A stretch of DNA of 63,233 nt, filler included, from 7 parts of 7 records of this genome joined end to end with filler, not necessarily neighbours in it, one strand, 5' to 3'; counted from the first letter of the whole stretch, positions 53,219 through 63,233 are shown. The notes: generated by a model from the letters alone, not told the origin. Numbers and translations are program-made.

Positions 53219-54670
53219 ATGGTTCAAACACGACGGGAATTTCTAAGTAAAGTCGGTCTTTTGTCAACTATTCTTGCCCTCCCGGTTTTGGCCAAAGCTA
53301 AAAATCGACCAGCAAATCAACCACATATTCTTTTTATTTTGCTGGATGATCTTGGTAAAGAGTGGGTGAGTTGTTATGGAGCAAAGGATATAGATACCCC
53401 TCATATTGACAGGTTGGCTGAATCCGGCATGCAGTTTTCCAATTGCTATTCCATGCCACAATGCACTCCCACACGTGTATCCCTCATGACCGGTCAGTAT
53501 CCGTTCAGGCACGGTTGGGTGAATCATTGGGATGTTCCGAGATGGGGAGGTGGTTGTTTTTTCGATCCGGATAAAAATCCCGGTGTTGCTCGAATTTTGA
53601 AATCTGCAGGATATACAACAGCCATAGCCGGAAAATGGCAGGTAAATGATTTCCGCGTCCAACCGAATGTTTTGCAGCAACATGGTTTTGATGATTATTG
53701 CATGTGGACAGGCTATGAAACAGGCAATCCTGCCAGTGCCGAGAGATACTGGAATCCCTATATTCATACAAAAGAGGGAAGTAAAACATATGAGGGACGG
53801 TTTGGCGAGGATGTTTTTTCTGGTTTTTTGATCGGTTTCATGAAAAAGAATAAAAACAAGCCCATGTTTCTCTATTATCCCATGTGTTTGCCTCATACAC
53901 CCTTTACAAGCACACCGCTTGAGACTGATGTAAAGGAGAAATATGAGTGCCATAAAGCTATGGTACGATACACTGATTTTATTTTGGGGAAACTGGTTAC
54001 GGCATTAGAAGAGTTTGGCCTGAGAGAAAATACCATTATTTTTTGGACAACGGATAATGGTACTACGGGCAGTATTACAGGAACACTATTAAATCGGAAA
54101 ATTAAAGGTGGTAAGTCAAACACGACAGAGAGTGGCACCTGTGCTCCATTTATTGTGAGTTGTCCGGGACTTGTTCCCAAGGGCGTAAAGACAGATGCTT
54201 TAACAGATTTCACCGATTTTTTGCCGACCTGTGCGGATCTCGCTGGAGTAAAAATACCTCATCAAACAACGATAGATGGTGTTTCCATTGCTAATGTTAT
54301 TCTTGGTCAGGCCACAGATTCAGACCGGCAATGGATTCTCAGCATGGGAGGAAAGAATAACGCCAGATTAACAGATAAAGGTGTTGAAAATCAATATATA
54401 TTTCGTGATCGTGTTATTCGGGACAAGAGGTTCAAATTAGTCGTCAATACAAAGCGTCAACCTGAAAAGTTGGTTGATCTTTCTGTCGATCCGGATGAGA
54501 ATGTTAATCTAATCGACAGTAAGGATCCTGATGTTGTGAGAGCAATAAAACGATTTATGCGGGTGATTCATACCATGCCACATCAGGATAATGATCCAAT
54601 TTACACACCTCTTGCAAAACAACCCTGGGATGTACAGGTCACTGCAAAGAGTCAGGAATGGAAAAAGTAA
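53219..54670 (+). CDS. Cys-type (formylglycine) sulfatase with Tat signal
   Basis: TRREFL twin-Arg, DDLG, CTPTR (CxPxR), GKW, PHTP, TDNG. Confidence 0.93.
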   Translation: MVQTRREFLSKVGLLSTILALPVLAKAKNRPANQPHILFILLDDLGKEWVSCYGAKDIDTPHIDRLAESGMQFSNCYSMPQCTPTRVSLMTGQYPFRHGWVNHWDVPRWGGGCFFDPDKNPGVARILKSAGYTTAIAGKWQVNDFRVQPNVLQQHGFDDYCMWTGYETGNPASAERYWNPYIHTKEGSKTYEGRFGEDVFSGFLIGFMKKNKNKPMFLYYPMCLPHTPFTSTPLETDVKEKYECHKAMVRYTDFILGKLVTALEEFGLRENTIIFWTTDNGTTGSITGTLLNRKIKGGKSNTTESGTCAPFIVSCPGLVPKGVKTDALTDFTDFLPTCADLAGVKIPHQTTIDGVSIANVILGQATDSDRQWILSMGGKNNARLTDKGVENQYIFRDRVIRDKRFKLVVNTKRQPEKLVDLSVDPDENVNLIDSKDPDVVRAIKRFMRVIHTMPHQDNDPIYTPLAKQPWDVQVTAKSQEWKK

Positions 54671-54713
54671 ATTACTTAAAACATACGGATATGACTGGAA
54701 AAGGAATTTTTCT

Positions 54714-56299
54714 GTGAATCAGGATTATATTAGTATCACTGTGACCATTGAAGGGGAAGGAACAAAAAAGGTAATAAAAGCGCAGCGTGGAGAGAGTTTA
54801 CTTCAGGTACTTCGCCAGAACGGATATCATGTAATCGCACCCTGTGGAGGACAGGGAACCTGTGGCAAATGCTCGGTGTCCATTGCCGGTTCCGGCAAAG
54901 TGCAAAGCTGCCAGTATGATGTCACGAAGGATATAGAGGTTCTTCTTCCTGCAAAAAACAGAGCACTTATTTTAAATGATATTGGCAGAGATCTAAAAAA
55001 AGTAAAACACGACAGTGGACTTGCATTGTCACCTGCAAATCACATCTCTTGCAAAATGGATGATATTGAACAGCCGATAGACTTGCATCCAAAAGATACG
55101 GGGCTGTTCGGTCTTGCCATTGACATCGGTACCACAACCGTGGTCGTTTATCTGGAAGACCTGCTTACCTATTCCACGGTTGATGTGGCCACGTTTATTA
55201 ATCCCCAAACTCTTTACGGACATGATGTGGTTTCCCGTATACAGTATTCAAGAGAGCAAAAAAATGGTTTGTCGGAATTGCGAACAAGCCTGATTGAAGC
55301 TATAAATCTGTCTATTATAAAGCTGTGCCATCGAAACCAGATAGAAAACCAACATATTTACAAGGTAACCGTCGTTGGCAATACAACCATGCTGCATCTG
55401 TTTCTGGATGTTGATCCCTCATCGATCGCTTTTGCGCCCTATACGCCGCAGTTTATTGAGGAAAAAATAATAAGCGGAGTGGAAAGCGGTCTGACCATGC
55501 ATGAAAAGGGTTTTGTGCGTATCTTGCCATCTGTCTCTGCTTATATTGGTGCGGATATAACGGCTGGCATTGCTTCCACTGATGTGGCAGATAATGGAGA
55601 TTACACACTTTTTGTGGATATTGGTACGAACGGTGAAATGGCGCTGGGAAAGCAGGGACATCTTTACTGTTGTTCAACCGCAGCAGGTCCGGCTTTTGAG
55701 GGAGCCAATATCAGCTGTGGCATCGGCGGAGTGGAAGGAGCCATTTCTGAATATAAAAACGGAATCTACAAAACCATTGGCGACAAACCTCCCAAAGGTA
55801 TCTGTGGCTCAGGTCTTTTGGATATTGTCGCAGAGTTACGCGATAAAGGTATCATCGATGCCACCGGCTACATGGAAAAAGATTATCTCATTGAAAAGAA
55901 AAAAATACATCGATTGACCGGGACATTGTCCTCACTCCGCAAGATGTCCGTGAAGTACAGCTCGCCGTGGCTGCTATTTATGCGGGAATCAAGATACTTG
56001 CCAAATCTTCTGGTTTGGATATTCATGAAATAGAACGGGTCTATTTGGCTGGCGGTTTTGGCAATTATCTGAATATTGATAGCGCCATTCGTATTGGTCT
56101 CCTTCCAGCTTCCCTGCAAGAAAAGGTGATCCAGGTTGGGAATAGCGCCGGTAAAGGCGCATTACTGGCACTGCGATCAAATGACTTTGCAGCCTCTGTT
56201 AATAAAATTGCCAATATGGCTGAATACATAGAATTGTCCATGCGAATGGATTTTAATGAGCTTTATGTGGAATCCATGAATCTTGGTCAGCGGGATTAA
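54714..56299 (+). CDS. ASKHA-type corrinoid reductive activator (RACo/RamA-like) with N-terminal 2Fe-2S domain, 1-bp loss at 55894-55905
   Basis: CGGQGTCGKC, DIGTTT, DIGTNGE, STAAGPAFEG, GICGSG; other frame continues QDVREVQLA..LAGGFG..GNSAG; GTG start after AAAGGA. Confidence 0.85.
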
Positions 56300-56416
56300 A
56301 AAGAGAATTCCAGGGTCAAAATGTGATAAAGATGAGAAATATATTGCATATGATTTCTTTTTTTATTTAATATTGGCGTCTTTTTTAGATGTCGTTTTAA
56401 TGCTTTAAAAGTTTGA

Positions 56417-57502
56417 ATGGAGAAGAAACTAATGGCTTTGGAAAATCTGGGCTTTAGCAGCTGGTTTCAGGAAAAAATCGATCCTGTGAAACGGGCGGAT
56501 CATAAAATCGCCAGAATATTGAGCGTGAACAAGGACAATTATGTCATTAAAAATGAGCAGACCGAGATACTGGCAGAGGTTACCGGTAAACTGTTATTTA
56601 ACGCGGAATCGTCATTGGATTACCCCACAACAGGGGATTGGGTTTATGCCCAGTATTTTGATGACGATACTTTTGCCATTATTCATGATATTATGCCCAG
56701 AAGAACCATCCTGAAAAGGAAGACATCCGGCAAAAAAGTGGATTTTCAACTCATTGCCGCTAATATCGACACGGCATTTATCATGCAATCTTTGGATGCC
56801 AATTATAATCTCAACCGCCTGGAACGATATCTTGTAATGGTGAATGAAAGCCATATTCGTCCTGTGGTTCTGTTGAGTAAAAGCGATCTACTGTCTGCGG
56901 AGGAATTGCAGGAGAAAATTAACAGTATTCATAGTGTCATGCCCGATATAACGATTGTCGCCTTTAGCAATATGGACCAATCAGGTCTGGAAAAAGTCAA
57001 AGAGTTGTTGATACCAGGAGAAACATTTTGTTTGTTAGGCTCCTCAGGTGTAGGCAAAACCACATTGCTGAATAATCTATTGGGTGATACGGTATTTGAG
57101 ACGCAGGAGGTCAGAGAACAGGATAGCAGAGGGCGTCACACAACAACAAGACGACAACTGATTGTGTTGGATAACGGAGCCATGATCATCGACACACCTG
57201 GTATGCGCGAACTGGGAAATATGGACATAGAATCTGGCCTGGACGAAACATTTGATGAAATCGCAGAACTGGCCAGTTTATGCCGGTTTAATGATTGCAG
57301 TCACACTCAGGAAAAAGGCTGTGCCGTACTGGCCGCCCTGGAAGAGGGTACTATATCTGAAAAGCGCTATAAAAATTATATAAAAATGCACAAGGAATCC
57401 GCTTACTATAACAGGTCCTACCTGGAAAAACGCCGCCGGGACAAAGAGTTTGGCAAAATGGTTAAATCGATTATGAAGGATAAGAAAAAAGTAAAAAGGT
57501 AG
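56417..57502 (+). CDS. rsgA: Ribosome small-subunit-dependent GTPase A
   Basis: SKSD, GSSGVGKTT, GRHTTT, DTPGMRE, CRFNDCSHTQEKGC. Confidence 0.95.
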   Translation: MEKKLMALENLGFSSWFQEKIDPVKRADHKIARILSVNKDNYVIKNEQTEILAEVTGKLLFNAESSLDYPTTGDWVYAQYFDDDTFAIIHDIMPRRTILKRKTSGKKVDFQLIAANIDTAFIMQSLDANYNLNRLERYLVMVNESHIRPVVLLSKSDLLSAEELQEKINSIHSVMPDITIVAFSNMDQSGLEKVKELLIPGETFCLLGSSGVGKTTLLNNLLGDTVFETQEVREQDSRGRHTTTRRQLIVLDNGAMIIDTPGMRELGNMDIESGLDETFDEIAELASLCRFNDCSHTQEKGCAVLAALEEGTISEKRYKNYIKMHKESAYYNRSYLEKRRRDKEFGKMVKSIMKDKKKVKR

Positions 57503-57569
57503 TATGGCAGTTGGCAAGCTGTGGCAGGCAGTGTCAAAAGTTTTATTAACAGTAGAGGAAAAAAAGGAT

Positions 57570-57599
57570 GTCATTCCCAGGCGTTCCTATCGGGAATCC
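57570..57599 (+). repeat. 30-bp REP-like palindromic repeat, copy 1
   Basis: GTCATTCCC-AGGCGTTCCTATC-GGGAATCC. Confidence 0.7.
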
Positions 57600-57657
57600 A
57601 GGGTGGGGGCGATACTTCATATAGCGTATCGAGGTGGTATCAACAGTTTTATAAAAA

Positions 57658-57757
57658 NNNNNNNNNNNNNNNNNNNNNNNNNNNNNNNNNNNNNNNNNNN
57701 NTTAATTAATTAANNNNNNNNNNNNNNNNNNNNNNNNNNNNNNNNNNNNNNNNNNNN
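57658..57757. other. Artificial contig spacer
   Basis: N44-TTAATTAATTAA-N44. Confidence 0.98.
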
Positions 57758-58021
57758 TTTTCCCAATAGCTCATATGGATAACCACCTCCGGGAGGTTTC
57801 TATAGCATCACATTTTATATGAACTTTAAATAAGAAATGAAGAAAAGGGTCTCACATAACAAAAATATGCCGGTTTTCTCCAGATTTATATTTTATTTTT
57901 TACATGAAAATAGTATATTTAAAATATAAATTCCAATTCATGATGGGGGAAATAATAATCCTCTCCATTAAAAAAAATAATAAATAATATTTTACCACTA
58001 CCTTATAATTTATAGTCTATC

Positions 58022-59170
58022 ATGGAAAACCCAGTTAATATTGTCACAGTCGCTTTTTTATTGGGTTCTACACAGGGCCTGTTTCTTGCTTTATTATTAT
58101 ACAACAAACCAGGGAATAAAACGGCAAATAGATTCCTGGCAGCTTTAATGATATCCTATTCGGTATTTATTGCAGAAGCATCTTTGTCGGGTACTCAACT
58201 AACAAAACAATTCCCCCATCTTATTGCTTTGGCGGGCGGTGTCATTTTTCTGATCGGACCACTTCATTTTTTATATACCCGTTCCCTGATATCTCCCAAT
58301 TTTGTTTTTTCTAAAAAACAATTGCTTCATTTTATACCTTTCGCTTCTTTTTATCTGTATTTCCTGTTCCCTTTTTATCTCAAGAGTGGAGCTTTCAAGA
58401 TTGCTTTTATCCAGGGACTTGATGTTAATGGTCCCACAGTCGGGATTTTATTTTATAGCTGGGCCATCATTATTCAGGGCATCACTTATATGGTTATTAA
58501 TCTGAAAATATTAAAAAAGCATTCATTAAGAATAAAGGACAACTTTTCATCCCTGGATAGAATTAATCTTAACTGGCTGCGAAATATAACGTTAATGACA
58601 TTGGTGATATGGGTATTAGGATTAATGGTTGAAATTCTGCAACTATACAATTATGCTACATCGTTCACAAATTCCGTCCCTATAGCAATTGCTATTCTTA
58701 TATATACCATGGGATATTTGGGGTTGAAACAGCCGGAAATATTTTCCGGAAATCCTCAAATAAAGGAACTCAAAAAATACGAACGATCCGGTCTTACTAA
58801 TGAAAAAGCACAGGAACTTTATAAAAAGCTCACTCATTTGATGGAGAGCCAAAAACCCTTTACCGACAGTAATTTAAAACTCAACCAACTGGCTAAGATG
58901 CTTTCAACCTCTCCAAATCACCTTTCCCAGGTGATCAATGAGGAATGTCAGCAAAACTTTTTCAATTTTATAAACGGATTCAGAATTGAGGAAGCGAAAA
59001 GAATGATTTTGGATTCTTCACAGCAGCAATTAACATTGCTTGCCATCGCTTACGACGTTGGTTTTAATTCAAAATCAGCGTTTAACACGGCCTTTAAAAA
59101 TCACACCCGGATGACGCCTTCACAGTTCAGGCAAAATGCTGCAAAGAACGCGTTAGAGGAAATACAATAG
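58022..59170 (+). CDS. AraC-family regulator with multi-TM N-terminal sensor domain
   Basis: About 7 TM helices, KYERSGL, LSQVINE..NFFNFIN..RIEEAK, IAYDVGFNSKSAFN..FK. Confidence 0.92.
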   Translation: MENPVNIVTVAFLLGSTQGLFLALLLYNKPGNKTANRFLAALMISYSVFIAEASLSGTQLTKQFPHLIALAGGVIFLIGPLHFLYTRSLISPNFVFSKKQLLHFIPFASFYLYFLFPFYLKSGAFKIAFIQGLDVNGPTVGILFYSWAIIIQGITYMVINLKILKKHSLRIKDNFSSLDRINLNWLRNITLMTLVIWVLGLMVEILQLYNYATSFTNSVPIAIAILIYTMGYLGLKQPEIFSGNPQIKELKKYERSGLTNEKAQELYKKLTHLMESQKPFTDSNLKLNQLAKMLSTSPNHLSQVINEECQQNFFNFINGFRIEEAKRMILDSSQQQLTLLAIAYDVGFNSKSAFNTAFKNHTRMTPSQFRQNAAKNALEEIQ

Positions 59171-59238
59171 TCTATATTTTACGCGGTTAGCACAGCCATA
59201 TTATAATAATGGAAGATAAACGCCCCCCTGCGCCCAAG

Positions 59239-59268
59239 GGATTCCCGATAGGAAACCTCGGGAACGAC
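59239..59268 (-). repeat. 30-bp REP-like repeat, copy 2
   Basis: Reverse strand GTCGTTCCC-GAGGTTTCCTATC-GGGAATCC. Confidence 0.7.
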
Positions 59269-59378
59269 ACTTTTTTTTAGTAAATGTACTGTATTATCAT
59301 GTGGTTCAATTCGTTCATCAATAACTATAAAGGTTCTCCACCGACAAGACTCATACCATTCCCTCATGCACTTTCCGC

Positions 59379-59408
59379 GTCACTCCCAAACATTTTTATC
59401 AGGAATCC
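59379..59408 (+). repeat. 30-bp REP-like repeat, degenerate copy 3
   Basis: GTCACTCCC-AAACATTTTTATC-AGGAATCC. Confidence 0.55.
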
Positions 59409-59902
59409 ATTGCAATGTCAGATAAAAATTCCAATTTATCCATTCGGTCCCGAAACCGGAACTCATAACCCACCGGTTGTAACAAAACTTTTTGAATTAA
59501 TAAAGCAAGAATAATGATTTTTGAGTAAAATTTTTTATTTTTTTTGTTAATACCATAGAAATTCTTTTTTTCTTCACTCCTCACCGCAAACCCCATAAAC
59601 AACATATTATCAAACCCTTATACTTTTTACCTGATTTGGAAAAACGTTCTATCCTATAGGTCAGGGCCTGTCGCTATGTATTCATATGTACTGGCGTATA
59701 CGTTAGGTCGATATAATGTCTAAAAATTTTATATTGGACACAGAAAGTTGATGCAAAAAGAAATGTTATTGTATCCGGACCAAACAGGGAAGGAGAGAAA
59801 ATAATAAAACAAAAAACAAACAGAAAAAAGAGATTCAAAGATTAAAGCTTTACAAAAAAATTAATAATAAACCTTATTTTCGTATAAAAGTGGAGTATAA
59901 AA

Positions 59903-62251
59903 ATGTTTAACAGAAAATGGTTACCTCTCATCTTATCCGTTTTATTTCTTTATTCATCAGTAATTGCGTCACAATTAACCCAGGTTGTCAAAGGTCGTGT
60001 CATTGATCAGCAGACAAAGGTTGGATTGAATTTTGCCAATGTCGTTATCTATGGAACAAATATGGGAGCGGCAACAGATGCGGATGGATATTTCCGCATA
60101 GCAAAAGTACCGGTCGGCAGGCATAGTATTAAAGTCATGTATATGGGCTACAAATCCCGAATCATTCCAGAAGTATTAGTCGGCTCCGGAAAAGAGATTG
60201 TCCTGAACATTGAATTGGAAGAAGATATCATCAAGGGTGAGGAGGTAGTTGTCACGCCTAAAATTAAAAAAAATAAGCCGTTAAATAACATGAGTTCTGT
60301 GAGTGCCCGGTCATTCTCTGTTGAAGAAACGCGACGATACGCAGGTGGAATGGATGATCCGGCCAGGTTGGCTTCAAGTTTTGCCGGTGTAACTTATGGT
60401 AATGCCCAGGACAACGCGATTATCATTCGCGGAAACGCTCCCAAAGGTTTATTATGGCGCCTGGAGGGTGTTGAGATACCTAATCCCAATCATTTTCCTG
60501 ATGGTAATGTCTTTGGTGGTGGTATGGTTACCATATTCAGTAATCAATTGTTAACAAATTCAGATTTTATGACAGGCGCCTTTCCGGCAGAATATGGAAA
60601 TGCCTTGTCTGGCGTATTTGATATGAAATTACGTAACGGCAATAGTGACAAGCGTGAATGGACGTTTCAGACGGGCGTGATGGGTATTGACTTTGCGGCA
60701 GAGGGACCTATAGCCAGAAACAGCAATTCATCCTATTTGGTAAATTATCGTTATTCAACAATCGGTCTGTTGACTGATTTAAATATCGTTGATACAGAAC
60801 AAGATCCGAGCTTTCAGGATCTGTCATTCAAAGTAAATTTTCCAACGGAAAACGCCGGAACGTTCTCATTATGGGGTATTGGCAGTATTGATCACATTAA
60901 CGAGATTGAAGAGACCGACTCGACAAAATGGGAACAAGATTGGGACCGGATAAAATATAATTCAAAATTTATGGTGGGCACCTTCGGACTCAATCATAAA
61001 TATATTTTAGACAATTCAACTTTTATTAACTCAACCGTTGCGATGACTGGCAAAGATATCTTTTTTGACATGCAGCGTCTGGATGATTTTATTTTACTGC
61101 GTAGCAATGAGTATATTGAAAGTTTTAATGGAAGAACAACAGTCACTTCCACACTCAGTCATAAATTCAGTCCGCGTTTTTCCACCACAACAGGAATTGT
61201 GTGGAACAATCTGTTTTACGATATAAATTTAAAATCAACAATAGATGATGATCCGGAAACATTTCAAACGTATGTGGAAGAAAACGGTAGCAGTCAACTT
61301 TTGCAGGTATTTACACAGGCGCAATTTAACCTGAAAAACAATTTAACATTAAATGCAGGCGTTCATTATCAATATTTCATGCTGAATAATAACGACTCTG
61401 TCGAACCCCGCTTTGGGATTAACTGGAATCTGAACCATCGTCATATGATCAGCTTTGGATATGGCCGGCACAGCCAGCTTGAGAACATACGATACTATTT
61501 AGCTAAACGTGAATCACAGAGTGGCTTTGAAATGCCAAATAAAGATCTGCATTTTACTCATGCTGATCACTTTGTTCTGGGTTATGATTTTCAGCTCACT
61601 GCAAACACCAGACTGAAAGTTGAGCCCTATTATCAACGATTGTTTAATGTTCCTGTCAGAGAGAACGATTCCTTTTCATTCATTAATTTAAAGGATGAGC
61701 GCTATTTTAATGATCCTCTGGTCAATGAAGGAACGGGTAAAAACATAGGAATCGATTTGACTCTCGAACGATTTTTGAATAACGGTTATTATTATTTGTT
61801 AACAGCATCCATTTTCGATTCAAAATATAAAGGCGGAGATGGCATAGAAAGAGATAGCCGTTATAATCGTCATTTTGTTATGAATGCATTGTTCGGCAAG
61901 GAATTTATTGTAAAGAACAATAATATCCTGGGATTCAACGCTCGATTTACACATATGGGTGGTGAACGAATCAGTCCAGTCTTGCGTGATGTGTCGCTGG
62001 CAGAGAAAAGAGTCATATATGACGAAACACATGCGTTCGAGGAATCACTGAATGCAAATAATTATCTTGATTTTACAGTGACCTATCGCATCAACCACCA
62101 AAACATGTCCCATATCCTGGCCCTGCAAGTGAAAAATATGCTGGGAAGCCCGAACGATTATGGCTATGCATACAATTACAAAGAGAAAAATCTAAAAAAG
62201 GATGAGATGGTCATTGTTCTTCCATCCATTAGCTATAAAGTTGAGTTTTAA
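59903..62251 (+). CDS. TonB-dependent receptor with N-terminal carboxypeptidase-regulatory-like domain
   Basis: VKGRVID..TDADGYF, plug IIIRGNAP..EIPNPNHF, FPAEYGNALSGV, terminal YKVEF. Confidence 0.92.
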   Translation: MFNRKWLPLILSVLFLYSSVIASQLTQVVKGRVIDQQTKVGLNFANVVIYGTNMGAATDADGYFRIAKVPVGRHSIKVMYMGYKSRIIPEVLVGSGKEIVLNIELEEDIIKGEEVVVTPKIKKNKPLNNMSSVSARSFSVEETRRYAGGMDDPARLASSFAGVTYGNAQDNAIIIRGNAPKGLLWRLEGVEIPNPNHFPDGNVFGGGMVTIFSNQLLTNSDFMTGAFPAEYGNALSGVFDMKLRNGNSDKREWTFQTGVMGIDFAAEGPIARNSNSSYLVNYRYSTIGLLTDLNIVDTEQDPSFQDLSFKVNFPTENAGTFSLWGIGSIDHINEIEETDSTKWEQDWDRIKYNSKFMVGTFGLNHKYILDNSTFINSTVAMTGKDIFFDMQRLDDFILLRSNEYIESFNGRTTVTSTLSHKFSPRFSTTTGIVWNNLFYDINLKSTIDDDPETFQTYVEENGSSQLLQVFTQAQFNLKNNLTLNAGVHYQYFMLNNNDSVEPRFGINWNLNHRHMISFGYGRHSQLENIRYYLAKRESQSGFEMPNKDLHFTHADHFVLGYDFQLTANTRLKVEPYYQRLFNVPVRENDSFSFINLKDERYFNDPLVNEGTGKNIGIDLTLERFLNNGYYYLLTASIFDSKYKGGDGIERDSRYNRHFVMNALFGKEFIVKNNNILGFNARFTHMGGERISPVLRDVSLAEKRVIYDETHAFEESLNANNYLDFTVTYRINHQNMSHILALQVKNMLGSPNDYGYAYNYKEKNLKKDEMVIVLPSISYKVEF

Positions 62252-62317
62252 TACTTATTATCCAAAAATACATCAGAAAATGATTGTTTTTGCAATACCG
62301 ATTATATCCGGAGTTAG

Positions 62318-62349
62318 ACCTGTCACACTGATCAGGAGGTGTGACAGGT
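62318..62349 (+). terminator. 11-bp hairpin after TBDR (terminator or REP-like)
   Basis: ACCTGTCACAC-N10-GTGTGACAGGT, weak U-tract. Confidence 0.5.
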
Positions 62350-62396
62350 TTCCTGTCCGCTTTTAAAATTTACAAAATGAAAATGTGGAGTAACAA

Positions 62397-63233
62397 ATGA
62401 TATCCAACTATGAATACAAACCAAACCTCTATTATACAATCACCTTTATTGCCACCTTTGTACTGTGGTTTGCAGGGGCCTATGTCAGTTTTCAGGAAAA
62501 TAATAATGGCCTGCACATGCTTCTTTTGCTGCCCGGCCTGATGGCACCCTTTATCATCTCGCTTGTTATGCTTTCTGGGTCAAAAAACTCTGAGTTGAAA
62601 AAGGATTTTCGAAATCGGCTCTTCAACCCGAAACTTGTACAGCTTAAATACCTTCCTGTTTTCTTATTGTTGATGCCACTGGCTGTTCTAGTATCCATTG
62701 CGATTTCTCTTCCCTTTGGGGGATCACCATCACAATTCCAATTCGCGGAGGGATTTTCTTTTTCTGCCGGATTCGTTCCGGTCCTACTGCTCCTTTTTCT
62801 TGCCGCGACATTTGAGGAACTGGGATGGCGAGGTTATGCCTTTGACAGTCTGCAGAGCCGCTTTAACTATTTCAAGGCATCGCTGATATTCAGTGTGCTT
62901 TGGTCAGCCTGGCATTTTCCACTTTTATTCGTAAAGGACTCTTATCAATATGAAATTTATCAGCAGAACATCTGGTTTGCTGTAAACTTTTTTGTCAGTA
63001 TTGTGCCAATGGGTATGATTATCAGCTGGATCTGCATAAAAAACAGAAAGAGCGTTCTGGCAGCTATTCTGTTTCATTTTATCATTAATATGTCGCAGGA
63101 AGTCCTGGCAATAACCCAGGTTACAAAGTGTTTTGAAACAGTGGTTCTTACGATGTGCGCGGCTATTATTATTTGGATCGACAAGGATATGTTCTTTTCA
63201 AAAGTAAATTCACTTGTACAAATATCGATGGGG
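62397..63233 (+). CDS. CPBP/Abi (CAAX-type) intramembrane metalloprotease (runs off window; not in ORF track)
   Basis: Hand translation MISNYEYKP... with EELGWRGY, WSAWHFP and AILFHFIIN motifs; GGAG RBS. Confidence 0.9.
   Translation, partial: MISNYEYKPNLYYTITFIATFVLWFAGAYVSFQENNNGLHMLLLLPGLMAPFIISLVMLSGSKNSELKKDFRNRLFNPKLVQLKYLPVFLLLMPLAVLVSIAISLPFGGSPSQFQFAEGFSFSAGFVPVLLLLFLAATFEELGWRGYAFDSLQSRFNYFKASLIFSVLWSAWHFPLLFVKDSYQYEIYQQNIWFAVNFFVSIVPMGMIISWICIKNRKSVLAAILFHFIINMSQEVLAITQVTKCFETVVLTMCAAIIIWIDKDMFFSKVNSLVQISMG

Overview
This window is not one genomic locus. It is seven unrelated contigs joined by artificial 100-bp spacers (N44-TTAATTAATTAA-N44). (1) 1-21069 is a low-GC, code-11 mollicute (Acholeplasmatales/Izemoplasmatales-like, inferred): fur, split feoB plus feoA, pdhABCD, mscS, glpK with a cre-like operator, a GGDEF protein, a guanine riboswitch with NCS2 permease, fructose PTS, aquaporin, yitT and T-box metG. 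(2) 21170-26879 is Bacteroidales-like: ppk tail, OstA/LptA-like gene and three SurA-type PPIases. (3) 26980-36794 is FCB-type (KSB1/Calditrichota-like, inferred): probable group II intron 3' end, gcvT-comB-ftsK-lolA, a structured 565-bp intergenic region, then wza-like, wzc and upxY. (4) 36895-45256 is Bacteroidales-like: two paralogous secreted proteins with an N-proximal T9SS-CTD-like domain and Cys-paired ~80-aa repeats (one ends in FISUMP), a GINT1-like gene and an aldo/keto reductase. (5) 45357-51570 is mollicute-like again: Liv-type ABC transporter with an Ig-stalked lipoprotein, CoA-transferase and hydrolase. (6) 51671-57657 has SDR, LamG, Tat sulfatase, ASKHA corrinoid activator and rsgA. 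(7) 57758-63233 has a membrane AraC, TonB-dependent receptor and CPBP protease. Five genes are broken by single-base losses in homopolymers, most likely sequencing errors. Best leads: an unannotated structured RNA upstream of feoAB, the structured/palindromic leader of the UpxY polysaccharide locus, a 30-bp REP-like repeat shared by contigs 6 and 7, and the intron end. All RNA folds were done by hand and taxonomy is inferred from gene content only.
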